This document shows positions 28,030 through 38,017 of a DNA stretch of 64,000 bases, piece by piece (the stretch's first letter is position 1; each line of letters begins with the position of its first letter). Location of the stretch: NCBI GenBank assembly GCA_964554875.1, contig CAZKQJ010000015.1:10302-74301 (forward strand). The letters run 5' to 3'. The notes beneath the pieces were generated by a model. The model had not been told where the DNA came from, searched no databases, and saw nothing but the letters and a program-made list of their open reading frames with translations. The stretch comes from an uncultured Spirochaetaceae bacterium. GTDB taxonomy: Bacteria; Spirochaetota; Spirochaetia; JC444; Marispirochaetaceae. The position numbers were made by a program, and so were the translations under genes.

Positions 28030-29435
28030 ACGTACGGAGGCTTTTGACTCCCCTGGCAGCAGGACTCCTCCTGGCGGGGATCTTCTTCCTTATGAGCCGG
28101 CCGGAAAAGTATGACGTGCTGGTCGTTGGCGCCGGGGCCGCCGGTCTTTTCGCCGCTCTGGAGGCAGAGGAACAGGGTGCATCGGTCATGGTCATCGAAA
28201 AGATGCCCACCATCGGAGGCAACACCATCCGCGCGACAGGCGGTATGAACGCCGCCGAGTCTGAAATACAGGAAAAACTGAATATTGACGACAGCCTGGA
28301 ATCCCACCTGAAGGATACCCTGCAGGCGGGGCACAGGACCAACGATTCCGTTCTGGCGAAGATACTTGTAGAGCAGGCCAGGGAAGCGGTAAGCCGTCTC
28401 CGGTCCCTTGGAGCGGATCTTGAAGACGTGGGCTACCTCGCCGGCCACAGTGCGCCGAGGACCCACCGGCCCACCGGGGGAGCCCCCGTGGGAACCGAAA
28501 TCATACGGGTCCTGAAAGATGCCCTCAAGAAAAGGAATATTCCCATTCGGCTGGAGACACGAATAATCAGTCTTATCAGGAAGAAAGGAGTCGTCCGGGG
28601 CGCTCTTGTGCGGGACAAGACCGGAAGAGAATACCGGATACTCAGCTCCGCTCTTGTTCTGGCTACCGGGGGTTACGGCGGCAGTCCCCGAACCTTCGTC
28701 CGCTACAATCCGGCCTTGACAGGATTCAATACCACCAACCATCCCGGTGCAACAGGGGATTACATCCCCCTGGCTGAAGAGATCGGCGCCCGACTGGTGG
28801 ACATGGACCAGATCCAGGCCCATCCCACGGTGGAACCCGACCACGGAGTATTGATAACCGAGGCCCTGCGTGGAAACGGAGGAATCCTCGTTGACCTGAT
28901 GGGGCGGCGCTTTACCGACGAGCTGGCCTTCCGGGATATTCTGAGCGCGAAGATTCTGGAGCGGCGTAACGGAATAGCCTATCTTATCTTCGATGACAAG
29001 GTCCGCAGGTCCCTTTCGGCGGCGGAAAACTATATTCACCGTAACCTGGTGGTCAGCGCGAATACCCCGGAAGAACTCGCCGGCAAACTGGGTATTGATC
29101 CGCCCCTCTTTTCCGCGGAACTTGAAAGCTACAACAGGGTGCACAGGTCCGGCGAAACAGACCTCTACGGCAGAAGCGGGATCAGCATAGCCCTGGAGAC
29201 TCCCCCCTATTACGGCATAAAGGTCTCGCCGGGGGTACACTACTGTATGGGGGGCCTGGCTATCGACGATCGGACCCGGGTACTGAGGGACTCCGACGGA
29301 AAGCCGATCCCGGGCCTGTATGCTGCCGGAGAGTCCACGGGGGGCATTCACGGGAGCAACCGCCTGGGAGGCAACTCCCTTGCTGACGCGGTGATATTCG
29401 GACGCATTGCCGGCCGCGAGGCGGCGGGAAAATAA
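28026..29435 (+). CDS. Second flavocytochrome-c/fumarate-reductase-family FAD protein, N-terminal membrane anchor, no FMN domain
   Basis: Hydrophobic N-terminus, GAGAAG, QAHPT, TEALRG, FRD, HYCMGG, NRLGG; ATGA overlap with the regulator gene. Confidence 0.88.
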   Translation: MNVRRLLTPLAAGLLLAGIFFLMSRPEKYDVLVVGAGAAGLFAALEAEEQGASVMVIEKMPTIGGNTIRATGGMNAAESEIQEKLNIDDSLESHLKDTLQAGHRTNDSVLAKILVEQAREAVSRLRSLGADLEDVGYLAGHSAPRTHRPTGGAPVGTEIIRVLKDALKKRNIPIRLETRIISLIRKKGVVRGALVRDKTGREYRILSSALVLATGGYGGSPRTFVRYNPALTGFNTTNHPGATGDYIPLAEEIGARLVDMDQIQAHPTVEPDHGVLITEALRGNGGILVDLMGRRFTDELAFRDILSAKILERRNGIAYLIFDDKVRRSLSAAENYIHRNLVVSANTPEELAGKLGIDPPLFSAELESYNRVHRSGETDLYGRSGISIALETPPYYGIKVSPGVHYCMGGLAIDDRTRVLRDSDGKPIPGLYAAGESTGGIHGSNRLGGNSLADAVIFGRIAGREAAGK

Positions 29436-29440
29436 ATAGG

Positions 29441-30937
29441 CTACTCTTCGGATGTGGCGTAGTCGAGGATAATCTCCTTGGTCGCCTCATCCCGGGGCAG
29501 GTCGCAGGCAATCCGGCCGCCGGCAAGCACCAGGACACGATCGCACATGCCGAGGATCTCTTCGATTTCCGAGGAAATCAGAATAACCGAGGCGCCTTTG
29601 CCGACAAGATCGTTTATGGAGTTGTATATATCCACTTTGGCCGCGGCGTCCACTCCCCGGGTCGGTTCATCCATTATGTAGATCCCCGCCCTGCACATGA
29701 AGGAACGGGACAGAAGCACCTTCTGCTGATTGCCTCCGGAATAGAAGCGCAATATGTCCTTGAACTGTCCCGGGACAATACCCAGACGCCGGATATATTC
29801 CCCCGTAAGCTGGCGCATGTAGAGCTCGTTCAAAGCCAGGCTGTTCAGAAAGCGCGGCAGGGTCGCGATAGTCAGATTGGTTATCAGGTTCAGGGGTGGA
29901 AATATGCCGTTCTCCGACCGGTTTTCCGGCACCAGGATTACCCCGTGCTGCATGGCATCAAGGGGATGATTGAAGCTGACCTGCTTTCCGTGAAGAAGTA
30001 TCTCTCCCCCGGTAAATTGGGCAAGACCGAAAAGGCAGTTGCTTAACAGTGTTCTTCCGGAACCCATAAGCCCGGTTATCCCAAGAATTTCCTGTTTGCG
30101 CAGGGAAAAGGATACGGAATGGAGTATCGGTTCGCTGGAGAGCCCTTTTACCTCCAGAATCGTCCCGCCGGGGTGCAGGGATAGGCGGGGATAGCGTTCC
30201 CGGTGGGGGTCCTCGATCATCATCCCCACCAGGGTGCTTTTGTCGATCTCGTTGACCCGGCTGGTTGATACGATCCGGCCCTTGTGAATTACCGTAACCC
30301 TGTCTCCCACCCGTTTTATCTCGTCCATCCTGTGGGAAATGTAGAAAACCCCCTCCACCCGCTCTTTTAACTCCTCGAGTATCGTGAAAAAGAGGTTTCG
30401 CTCGATCTCCCCCATGGCAGCGGTGGGCTCGTCGAAAATTACAACCTCCGCTCCGGAAACATAGGCTTTTACCGCCGAAAGAAGCTGTCGTTCCGCGTAG
30501 CCCAGGCGGTTTACCCGCATGCCCGGATTAAAGTCGATGCCGAAGTACCTCAGAAGCTCCGCGCATTCGAGTTCGGTACGGGCCCGGCTGAAGTAACGGC
30601 ACAGACGCCCCTCCCGGGCATAACGGTCAAAGAAAACATTCTCCGCCACACTCAGATTTCCGAAAAGCTGATTGTCCTGGTGCTGATAGAAAATTCCCCC
30701 CTTGCGGGCGGCATGGAAGGATTCAAACTCAATCTCCTCGCCCTTCAGACGAATGGAACCGGAATCCCGTGAATAGAGGCCGCTTACGATCTTCATAAGA
30801 GCCGATTTGCCGGAACCGTTCTCCCCTATTATTACGTGGACCTCCCCCGGAAGCAGATCCAGATTAATGGAGTCCAGAAGAAACTCGTTGTCGAAGTTCT
30901 TACTGATATTTTCCAGTACCAGCAGCGGAGAACTCAC
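29441..30937 (-). CDS. Sugar ABC transporter ATP-binding protein (RbsA/MglA-type, two NBDs)
   Basis: [37 protein letters not shown]. Confidence 0.9.
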   Translation of the reverse strand: MSSPLLVLENISKNFDNEFLLDSINLDLLPGEVHVIIGENGSGKSALMKIVSGLYSRDSGSIRLKGEEIEFESFHAARKGGIFYQHQDNQLFGNLSVAENVFFDRYAREGRLCRYFSRARTELECAELLRYFGIDFNPGMRVNRLGYAERQLLSAVKAYVSGAEVVIFDEPTAAMGEIERNLFFTILEELKERVEGVFYISHRMDEIKRVGDRVTVIHKGRIVSTSRVNEIDKSTLVGMMIEDPHRERYPRLSLHPGGTILEVKGLSSEPILHSVSFSLRKQEILGITGLMGSGRTLLSNCLFGLAQFTGGEILLHGKQVSFNHPLDAMQHGVILVPENRSENGIFPPLNLITNLTIATLPRFLNSLALNELYMRQLTGEYIRRLGIVPGQFKDILRFYSGGNQQKVLLSRSFMCRAGIYIMDEPTRGVDAAAKVDIYNSINDLVGKGASVILISSEIEEILGMCDRVLVLAGGRIACDLPRDEATKEIILDYATSEE

Positions 30938-30940
30938 CGT

Positions 30941-31720
30941 CTATACCCTACCCTCAAAAACATTGATGGAAGTATGCAGCTGGATGTTGCGCACAAAAAT
31001 CTGCTGCTTATACTCGTCGGAGATGGAGGGGTTTGTTATGACCTTGTCCGCAAGCTTCAGGCTTCCCAGGCGAAAAAAGGCGTTGCGGCCGAAATTTTCA
31101 CCCATACACAGAAAGATCTTTTCTTCCGCCGACTCCATGGCCGCCTCGATGAGCTCCGCTTTTTCATGGCTGGCGACGCTTACCTCCAGATTCTCGCCGA
31201 TTCCTTCCACCTCGGCGAAGAGCCGGTTCACGTGAAAGCGGCGCAGGTTGGCCACCGAGAGGGAACCATAGAGGGACCTGCCGTCATCCGCCACGTCTCC
31301 CCCCAGAAGCACAACCCGGTTGGAGGGCTGCCGGGCGATTTCGGTAGCGACAGGGATATAGTTTGTAAGCACCGTAATTCCGTTCCTTTCTACAATGCGC
31401 CGGGCAATACAGTCACAGATATCACCCCCGGTCAGCATAATGACGTCCCCGTCCTCGATCATGTTCAGGGCGACGGAGGCGATCTCCCGGGAGTCCCTGG
31501 ATACATCGGCGGTCGGCTCCGGCTGGACGGATTCCTCGATCTCCCGCAGAACAGCGCCGCCGTGGGTACGGGTCAAAACACCGTCGCGCTCCAGTTTTTC
31601 CAGGTCCCGTCGGATGGTCACCTCCGAAACATTGAGCATGGAGCTCAGGGCATGGACCTCCACCTGGCGGTTTTCCCTGAGAAAGTTCTTTATAATCCGG
31701 GTGCGTTCAACAGCAAACAT
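30941..31720 (-). CDS. DeoR/GlpR family transcriptional regulator
   Basis: VSEVTIRRDLEKLE, RTHGGA, VLTN, VLLGG. Start moved to the ATG at 31720. Confidence 0.92.
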   Translation of the reverse strand: MFAVERTRIIKNFLRENRQVEVHALSSMLNVSEVTIRRDLEKLERDGVLTRTHGGAVLREIEESVQPEPTADVSRDSREIASVALNMIEDGDVIMLTGGDICDCIARRIVERNGITVLTNYIPVATEIARQPSNRVVLLGGDVADDGRSLYGSLSVANLRRFHVNRLFAEVEGIGENLEVSVASHEKAELIEAAMESAEEKIFLCMGENFGRNAFFRLGSLKLADKVITNPSISDEYKQQIFVRNIQLHTSINVFEGRV

Positions 31721-31822
31721 GACAAACTGTTCATAACTATACGGGATTGAAGCGTCCTTGACAATCAAAATCTCATCATCCACAAATAAGCGAAAAGAAA
31801 CGATAAAGATCAAAACTTTTTA

Positions 31823-31851
31823 TTGACGTCCCACCAAAGCAATGGTACGAT
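31823..31851 (+). promoter_or_regulatory. Sigma70 promoter (extended -10) for chvE-gguAB
   Basis: TTGACG (31823-28), 17-bp spacer, TGn-TACGAT (31846-51). Confidence 0.7.
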
Positions 31852-31868
31852 TTACACATATTCGCAAG

Positions 31869-31885
31869 CAAACGAACATCGTTTG
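31869..31885. promoter_or_regulatory. Palindromic operator candidate CAAACGA-ACA-TCGTTTG
   Basis: Perfect 7-bp inverted repeat just downstream of the predicted start site, opposite the DeoR gene. Confidence 0.5.
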
Positions 31886-31990
31886 TGAGCGTTTTTTTAT
31901 TACATCTGTGCGTGAACGTACACATGAGATCATACTGTCGATCCTGTGATCGATGGATTATGATACTACTTTCTTACAAAAGGAGTTTTT

Positions 31991-33061
31991 ATGAAACGAA
32001 TTGTACAGGCACTGACAATTCTCGCCATCATCGGCCTTGCGGCTTCGATGCTTGTGGCGGAAGGACAGAAGGAAGGGGATCAGAAGGTTGTAGGTATCGC
32101 CATGCCGACCCAGTCTTCCCAGCGGTGGATCCAGGACGGCGGCAACATGAAGAAGATCCTCGAGGAACGGGGTTACAAGGTCGACCTGCAGTACGCCGAA
32201 GACAACATCGACGCTCAGGTAAACCAGCTCGAGAACATGATCGTCAAGGGCGCTGATGTTCTGGTAATAGCCTCCATCGACGGCGAATCCCTGACCAATG
32301 TACTGGACAAAGCCGCGGCCCAGGATATCCCGGTTATCGCGTATGACCGTCTCATCCGCAACTCCCCCCATGTCAGCTACTACGCCACCTTCGACAACTT
32401 CCTCGTGGGCGTTCTGCAGGGGGACTACATTGTAGAGAGTCTGGGACTTAAAAACGGCAAGGGACCTTACAACATCGAAATCTTTGCCGGATCCCCCGAC
32501 GACAACAATGCATACTTTTTCTTTGACGGCGCCATGTCGAGGCTTCAGCCCTACATTGACAAGGGCCAGCTTGTAATCCGCAGCGGTCAGACGGAATTCG
32601 ACCAGGTTGCCACCCTGCGCTGGGACGGCGCGACCGCGCAGCAGCGCATGGACAACATCCTAACCGCCCACTACTCCGGCGCCAATGTGGATGCAGTCCT
32701 CTCCCCCTACGACGGAATATCCATCGGTATCCTCTCTTCCCTCAAGAGCGTCGGTTACGGCAGCTCCAAGCCGATGCCCGTTGTAACCGGTCAGGACGCA
32801 GAGCTTCCTTCAGTTAAATCCATCCTGGCGGGCGAGCAGGCCCAGACCGTCTTTAAGGACACCCGGGTCCTGGCACAGCGTGCTGCCGATATGGTCGACG
32901 CCGTACTTCAGGGCAAGAAAGCCGAGGTCAACGACACCAAAACCTACGACAACGGGGTAAAGGTTGTTCCCTCATACCTGGAAGAGCCTGTATCTGTGGA
33001 CAAGAGCAACTGGGAAAAAGCCCTTATTGCAACCGGATACTACACCAAGGACATGTTCTAA
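31991..33061 (+). CDS. chvE: Multiple monosaccharide ABC transporter substrate-binding protein
   Basis: [55 protein letters not shown]. Confidence 0.95.
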   Translation: MKRIVQALTILAIIGLAASMLVAEGQKEGDQKVVGIAMPTQSSQRWIQDGGNMKKILEERGYKVDLQYAEDNIDAQVNQLENMIVKGADVLVIASIDGESLTNVLDKAAAQDIPVIAYDRLIRNSPHVSYYATFDNFLVGVLQGDYIVESLGLKNGKGPYNIEIFAGSPDDNNAYFFFDGAMSRLQPYIDKGQLVIRSGQTEFDQVATLRWDGATAQQRMDNILTAHYSGANVDAVLSPYDGISIGILSSLKSVGYGSSKPMPVVTGQDAELPSVKSILAGEQAQTVFKDTRVLAQRAADMVDAVLQGKKAEVNDTKTYDNGVKVVPSYLEEPVSVDKSNWEKALIATGYYTKDMF

Positions 33062-33080
33062 AAAACGAATCCGAGAATAG

Positions 33081-33104
33081 AACCGGCGGCGCAAGCCGCC
33101 GGTT
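33081..33104 (+). other. Intra-operon hairpin after chvE (mRNA stabiliser / REP-like)
   Basis: aaccggcggc-gcaa-gccgccggtt, a perfect 10-bp stem. Confidence 0.7.
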
Positions 33105-33151
33105 TCACTGTATACTATTTCCGGATAGACCCGGAATCACAAGGCAATAAT

Positions 33152-34723
33152 ATGGCTGATATTCATCTGGAAATGCGCCGGATAACCAAGAGGTTTCCCG
33201 GCATAACCGCCCTTGATCAGGTAACGATGCAGGTCAACAATAAAGAGATCCATGCCCTGGTGGGAGAAAACGGCGCCGGCAAGTCCACCCTCATGAAAGT
33301 CCTGAGCGGTGTCTATCCCTATGGAAGCTATGAGGGCGAGATTTTCCTTAACGGGGAAGAGTGCCGCTTCAAGGATATCCGGGAAAGTGAACGCCTGGGC
33401 ATCGTTATAATTCACCAGGAGCTGGCCCTTATTCCCTACCTTTCTATCGCGGAAAATATCTTTCTTGGCAACGAACAGGCAAGAAACAGTATAATAGACT
33501 GGTTCAAGACATCCTCCCGGGCCCGGGAACTCCTTGCAACTGTCGGGCTGGATGAAAACCCGGCCACCCTTGTGGGAAACATCGGCGTGGGAAAACAGCA
33601 GCTTGTAGAGATTGCCAAGGCCCTGGCAAAGAATGTCAAGCTGCTCATCCTGGACGAGCCCACCGCCGCCCTGAACGACCGGGAGAGCAACCAGCTCCTT
33701 GATCTGCTTATCCAGCTCAAGAGCGAAGGGATTACATCAATTCTGATCTCCCATAAACTGAAAGAGGTCGAGAAGGTCGCCGACACTATTACAGTTATCC
33801 GGGACGGCAAAGTCATCGACAATCTTACAAAAGGCAGGGATGAGATTGACGAAGACCGTATTATAAAAAGCATGGTGGGCAGAGAACTGACAAACCGCTT
33901 TCCCGACCGGGAAGCAGACATAGGTGAGACCGTACTGGATGTCAGGGACTGGAGCTTCTATCATCCCCAGCACGAAAACAGGCTGGTCATAAACCGGGCC
34001 AACTTTCATGTAAAAAAAGGTGAGGTTGTGGGCTTTGCGGGTCTCATGGGGGCAGGACGTACCGAACTGGTAATGAGCCTCTTCGGAAAGTCCTATGGAA
34101 AACGACACAGCGGGCGGATCCTGCTGAAGGGAAACGAAATTGTCATGAACAGCGTAAGCGACGCCATCGAGAACGGCATAGCCTACGTAACGGAAGACCG
34201 GAAAGGCTACGGGCTTATTCTTATCGAAGACATTCGCCGGAATCTTACCCTCCCTTCTCTCGGGAACCTGAGCAGCAGCGGTGTGGTCAACTCCTCGGAG
34301 GAGGTTCTTTCAGCGGAGAAATACCGGAAAAAGATCACCATAAAATGCTCCGGGATAGACCAGAATGTCGATAATCTTTCCGGGGGCAACCAGCAGAAGG
34401 TCGTGCTTGGTAAATGGATCATGCTGGAACCGGATGTTCTTATCCTGGACGAACCGACCAGGGGAATCGACGTGGGCGCCAAGTTCGAGATATACCAGAT
34501 AATCAATCAGCTGGCCGCGGAAGGAAAATCGATCATAATGATCTCTTCGGAAATGCCCGAGCTCCTCGGCATGTGCGACCGCATCTACGTTGTTGACCGC
34601 GGAGAGATCGCCGGAGAACTGGACAGGCAGCAAGCCAGCCAGGAAAGCATTATGAAGATCATCATGAACCATCAAAAACAGAGCAAGGAAATAAGCCATG
34701 GACAGCCTCAAACAGTACTTTAA
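33152..34723 (+). CDS. gguA: Multiple monosaccharide ABC transporter ATP-binding protein
   Basis: [38 protein letters not shown]. Confidence 0.93.
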   Translation: MADIHLEMRRITKRFPGITALDQVTMQVNNKEIHALVGENGAGKSTLMKVLSGVYPYGSYEGEIFLNGEECRFKDIRESERLGIVIIHQELALIPYLSIAENIFLGNEQARNSIIDWFKTSSRARELLATVGLDENPATLVGNIGVGKQQLVEIAKALAKNVKLLILDEPTAALNDRESNQLLDLLIQLKSEGITSILISHKLKEVEKVADTITVIRDGKVIDNLTKGRDEIDEDRIIKSMVGRELTNRFPDREADIGETVLDVRDWSFYHPQHENRLVINRANFHVKKGEVVGFAGLMGAGRTELVMSLFGKSYGKRHSGRILLKGNEIVMNSVSDAIENGIAYVTEDRKGYGLILIEDIRRNLTLPSLGNLSSSGVVNSSEEVLSAEKYRKKITIKCSGIDQNVDNLSGGNQQKVVLGKWIMLEPDVLILDEPTRGIDVGAKFEIYQIINQLAAEGKSIIMISSEMPELLGMCDRIYVVDRGEIAGELDRQQASQESIMKIIMNHQKQSKEISHGQPQTVL

Positions 34724-35870
34724 ATCAAACATTCGCCAGTACGGAATGGTGCTGGCCCTTGTCGTTATCATGTTCTTCTTCCAGATCGTTACCGGCGGCA
34801 TCCTGTTAAAACCGGCCAATGTAACAAACCTGGTTCTGCAGAACAGCTATGTGCTGATTCTCGCCGTGGGGATGCTGCTGTGTATCCTAACAGGTAATAT
34901 CGATCTCTCCGTCGGGTCCGTCGTCGCTTTTGTGGGTGCCGTCTCTGCTGTCATGATGGTGGACTGGAACATGCCGGTACTCCCGGCCATTCTGATCGCC
35001 CTTCTTATAGGAATCGTCGTCGGAGCCTTTCATGGGGTGTTCATCGCTTATCTGCGGATACCGCCCTTTATCGTAACCCTGGCGGGTATGCTTATCTTTC
35101 GGGGCCTGACCATGGTTATATTGAAAGGACAGACAAAGGCTCCCTTCGAAAAGTCCTTCCAGGCTATTGCCGCGGGATATATTTCCGGAGGGGGATTCAG
35201 TATTGGCGGGTTCAATCTGATAGCCGTTCTGACGGGGATTATTCTGTCGGCCCTGTTCATTCTGGGAATCGCCGTAAACCGCCGAAACCAGAAAAAATAC
35301 GGCTTCGAGGTCTTGCCCACAGGCTTTGAAACTGTCCGGGTTCTGGTCATACTGGCTGCGATCAACTGGCTGACTCTGAGCCTTGCCCTTTACAACGGAA
35401 TTCCCATTGTCATGGTGGTGCTTTTTGGGCTCGTCCTCATCTACACCTTTATTACCCAGAAAACCATCTTCGGCCGGCACATCTATGCCCTGGGGGGCAA
35501 CGAAAAGGCCGCCAAACTGTCGGGTGTCAAGACAAAGAGGGTCATGTTCCTGGTCTATACAAACATGGGACTGCTTTCCGCAGTGGCGGGTATGGTCGTA
35601 GCCGGTCGTCTGAACGCGGCAACCCCCAAAGCAGGAACCATGTTCGAACTCGATGCCATTGCAGCCTGTTTTATCGGCGGTGCCTCCGCCTCGGGGGGTA
35701 TTGGGACTGTAGTGGGAGCTATTGTCGGAGGCCTTGTAATGGGCGTTCTGAACAATGGTATGTCCATCATGGGCGTGAGTGTCGACTGGCAGCAGGCAAT
35801 CAAGGGAATGGTCCTTCTCGGTGCCGTATGCTTTGATGTGTACACGAAATCAAAGTCTCAGGCAGACTGA
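34698..35870 (+). CDS. gguB: Multiple monosaccharide ABC transporter permease
   Basis: [37 protein letters not shown]. Confidence 0.93.
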   Translation: MDSLKQYFKSNIRQYGMVLALVVIMFFFQIVTGGILLKPANVTNLVLQNSYVLILAVGMLLCILTGNIDLSVGSVVAFVGAVSAVMMVDWNMPVLPAILIALLIGIVVGAFHGVFIAYLRIPPFIVTLAGMLIFRGLTMVILKGQTKAPFEKSFQAIAAGYISGGGFSIGGFNLIAVLTGIILSALFILGIAVNRRNQKKYGFEVLPTGFETVRVLVILAAINWLTLSLALYNGIPIVMVVLFGLVLIYTFITQKTIFGRHIYALGGNEKAAKLSGVKTKRVMFLVYTNMGLLSAVAGMVVAGRLNAATPKAGTMFELDAIAACFIGGASASGGIGTVVGAIVGGLVMGVLNNGMSIMGVSVDWQQAIKGMVLLGAVCFDVYTKSKSQAD

Positions 35871-35898
35871 TTCTCGTTCACATACCACCTCCTTTTCT

Positions 35899-35937
35899 GG
35901 TGCTGTCCGGATGACTCCACGGACAGCACCCTTTTTT
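35899..35937 (+). terminator. Intrinsic terminator of chvE-gguAB
   Basis: ggtgctgtccg / cggacagcacc 11-bp stem followed by cTTTTTT. Confidence 0.8.
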
Positions 35938-36373
35938 ACCCTTCTCCCTTCTTCGCCGGCGGAACAAGCATTAGCGTCAGTAGGACAAGCCCTCCAAACC
36001 CCACATAGAGCAGAGTAAAAAACCAGACAGGGAACTCGTAAAACAGCAGCATTCTGACCAGCCTGCCAACAAAGGATATATCCTCCTCGGCGGACTGCCC
36101 CGCCGCCGTACGCAGGCGATACTCCCACAGGGTCAGGGGACACCAGATGCCCAGCAGGGCTTCGAAAGCGACAAAGAGAACCGCCAGAAGATGCAGTGTC
36201 CTGAACACGCGGTTGCGGACCCAGGTCCAGCCCCGAAGCCAGCCGATCAGTATGCTTATCTCCCCGCCCACGGTAAAACCGAGGTAACAGAAATGTATCA
36301 GGACAACGAAATCCGCGAGAAGAGCAAAGAAACCCTTATTAAAAAGGACCGACATTCCTTGTGAATTATACAC
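35936..36373 (-). CDS. DUF2784 family membrane protein
   Basis: LADFVVLIH, FRTLHL, WCPLTLWEYRLR, SFVGRL. The start may be 36355. Confidence 0.85.
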   Translation of the reverse strand: MYNSQGMSVLFNKGFFALLADFVVLIHFCYLGFTVGGEISILIGWLRGWTWVRNRVFRTLHLLAVLFVAFEALLGIWCPLTLWEYRLRTAAGQSAEEDISFVGRLVRMLLFYEFPVWFFTLLYVGFGGLVLLTLMLVPPAKKGEG

Positions 36374-36452
36374 CCTGATTCATCACCGGGACAAAAAAAC
36401 CGTGAGGGGATCTACCTTCCCCCCACGGTTCCCACACAAGAAATGTACAAAG

Positions 36453-36821
36453 CTACTCAACTACAATGAACTTTCCCCACATTCCCCGGGCACGGTGATT
36501 ACCGACACTGCAGTAGAACTCAAATTCACCGCTTTTGTCGGCAACGAACTCGATGGTCTCGCTTCTGCCTGCGGGAATCTGCCTGGTTGCGGCATCGAAC
36601 TCATCAATTACCCAGTCGTGGAAGCCTCCCCCGTTGGTAAAGGTCAAACGGACGGTATCTCCCTTTTTGACCCGAATCTCCCTGGGGATAAAGTCGAAGC
36701 CCTTGTTGGTGACGCTGATCTCCTTTACACCGGGGCCCTCGCCGGAGAGATCAACAACTTCCTGGGCCGCGAGAGGTACGAGCGCTGCGCTTAACAGCGC
36801 GATAAATAAAAGCTTTTTCAT
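36453..36821 (-). CDS. Secreted cupredoxin (type-1 copper) protein
   Basis: Signal peptide; H (HDW) plus C-x3-N-H-x3-G-M (YCSVGNHRARGM) ligand set. Confidence 0.88.
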   Translation of the reverse strand: MKKLLFIALLSAALVPLAAQEVVDLSGEGPGVKEISVTNKGFDFIPREIRVKKGDTVRLTFTNGGGFHDWVIDEFDAATRQIPAGRSETIEFVADKSGEFEFYCSVGNHRARGMWGKFIVVE

Positions 36822-36859
36822 GTCTTAAACCTCACTATTATGATCATATATGTCAAGTA

Positions 36860-37345
36860 TTATTTATTCGGAACCAGAATCAGCATGCCTCCGCTGCCCG
36901 CGGCAGCCGCTATCAGGTACTGATAATACAGGAGACCGGGAATAAAAAGCGGCAGCAGCCCCGCTGCAATCTGCACTACCCCGCCGATAATGAAAAGCCG
37001 GGGCGTCCACCAGCGGGCATTCACCAGAAAAGCGGAACCCATAAGCAGCAGCCAGAATACCCCCAGATAGGAGATCAGCCACATGATCTGCGGCAGCATG
37101 AATACCAGAAAAGAAACGACCATGCCGAAACCCACGGCAATTATCCAGAGAAACATGATCTTTCGCAGTTTAGCGGACTTCATGGGCATATAGAGAACCA
37201 TGGGGATAAATCCGATAATTGTCAGAACAAGCCATACCCAGTTAACCCGCGGGTCAGGCCAGTAATGCGTTGCAAGCCAACCGACGAGTTCAACAAGAGC
37301 CCAGGTAACAAAAACGATACGTGGTTTGGTCCAGAAGCGTTTCAT
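36860..37345 (-). CDS. Hypothetical membrane protein (about 6 TM)
   Basis: Strongly hydrophobic ORF; probable start MKRFW at 37345. Confidence 0.7.
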   Translation of the reverse strand: MKRFWTKPRIVFVTWALVELVGWLATHYWPDPRVNWVWLVLTIIGFIPMVLYMPMKSAKLRKIMFLWIIAVGFGMVVSFLVFMLPQIMWLISYLGVFWLLLMGSAFLVNARWWTPRLFIIGGVVQIAAGLLPLFIPGLLYYQYLIAAAAGSGGMLILVPNK

Positions 37346-37441
37346 GGGTTTAATATAACTAATTTTGTAATACAAAGAAACTTTTCATTTTTTTTGTAAA
37401 AAAATGAAAACCGTCCTATAATGATAATGGGGGTAGTTATC

Positions 37442-37972
37442 ATGAAAACATTCGTTTTTCTAATGATCTGCTGCGCCCTGTTAATTCCATCATGTGAAAC
37501 CCTTACCGACATCGAACAGGGAGCATCGAAAATCTCGGGAACCATGTCTAAAGGTGCTGCTGCAGGCGGCAGTGCATCAAGCCTGGGATCCGTGGACTTC
37601 CGCAAGGATGAGGTCCTGTGTTCAGTCAGCGGCAATGAAGCACAGGAAAAGGCCCGTTATCTTCCGGCAGTGATCCTGACAGCACCTACGGCGGCTACAG
37701 GCAATCAGGCGGAGGTAATGTATCCTGATGGGAAAAAGGACTGGACCTACATTGTTCTGCCCTCCCGCAAGGCAAACGACGCTGACCTGCTAATCGGAGA
37801 ATCCGTACTCTATATGTACCACCAGAGCGACGACGAGGATATGACCCAGGAGAAGTACCGCAACAATTCCTGGATTTTCGGTACCGTAACATCCACCGAC
37901 GAGATGTTCAAAGGAGTCGTCGAAGTTGACGGCCGTCCCATGCTGGTTAAATGGGTCAGGATTGCCCAGTAG
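37442..37972 (+). CDS. Hypothetical lipoprotein
   Basis: Signal peptide with lipobox LIPSC; GGGGTAG RBS upstream of the ATG at 37442. Confidence 0.7.
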   Translation: MKTFVFLMICCALLIPSCETLTDIEQGASKISGTMSKGAAAGGSASSLGSVDFRKDEVLCSVSGNEAQEKARYLPAVILTAPTAATGNQAEVMYPDGKKDWTYIVLPSRKANDADLLIGESVLYMYHQSDDEDMTQEKYRNNSWIFGTVTSTDEMFKGVVEVDGRPMLVKWVRIAQ

Positions 37973-38017
37973 TCTTCAGGGATTGCAGTCTCCCGGGATA
38001 TTCTCTATATTCAGCCC

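Noticed and set aside
24000-29435. Naming either FAD reductase as urocanate reductase (urdA) or as SdhA/FrdA of a membrane complex
   Set aside because: The active-site motifs look fumarate-type, there is no covalent-FAD His segment and no Fe-S or membrane subunit gene, and the substrate cannot be fixed by eye.
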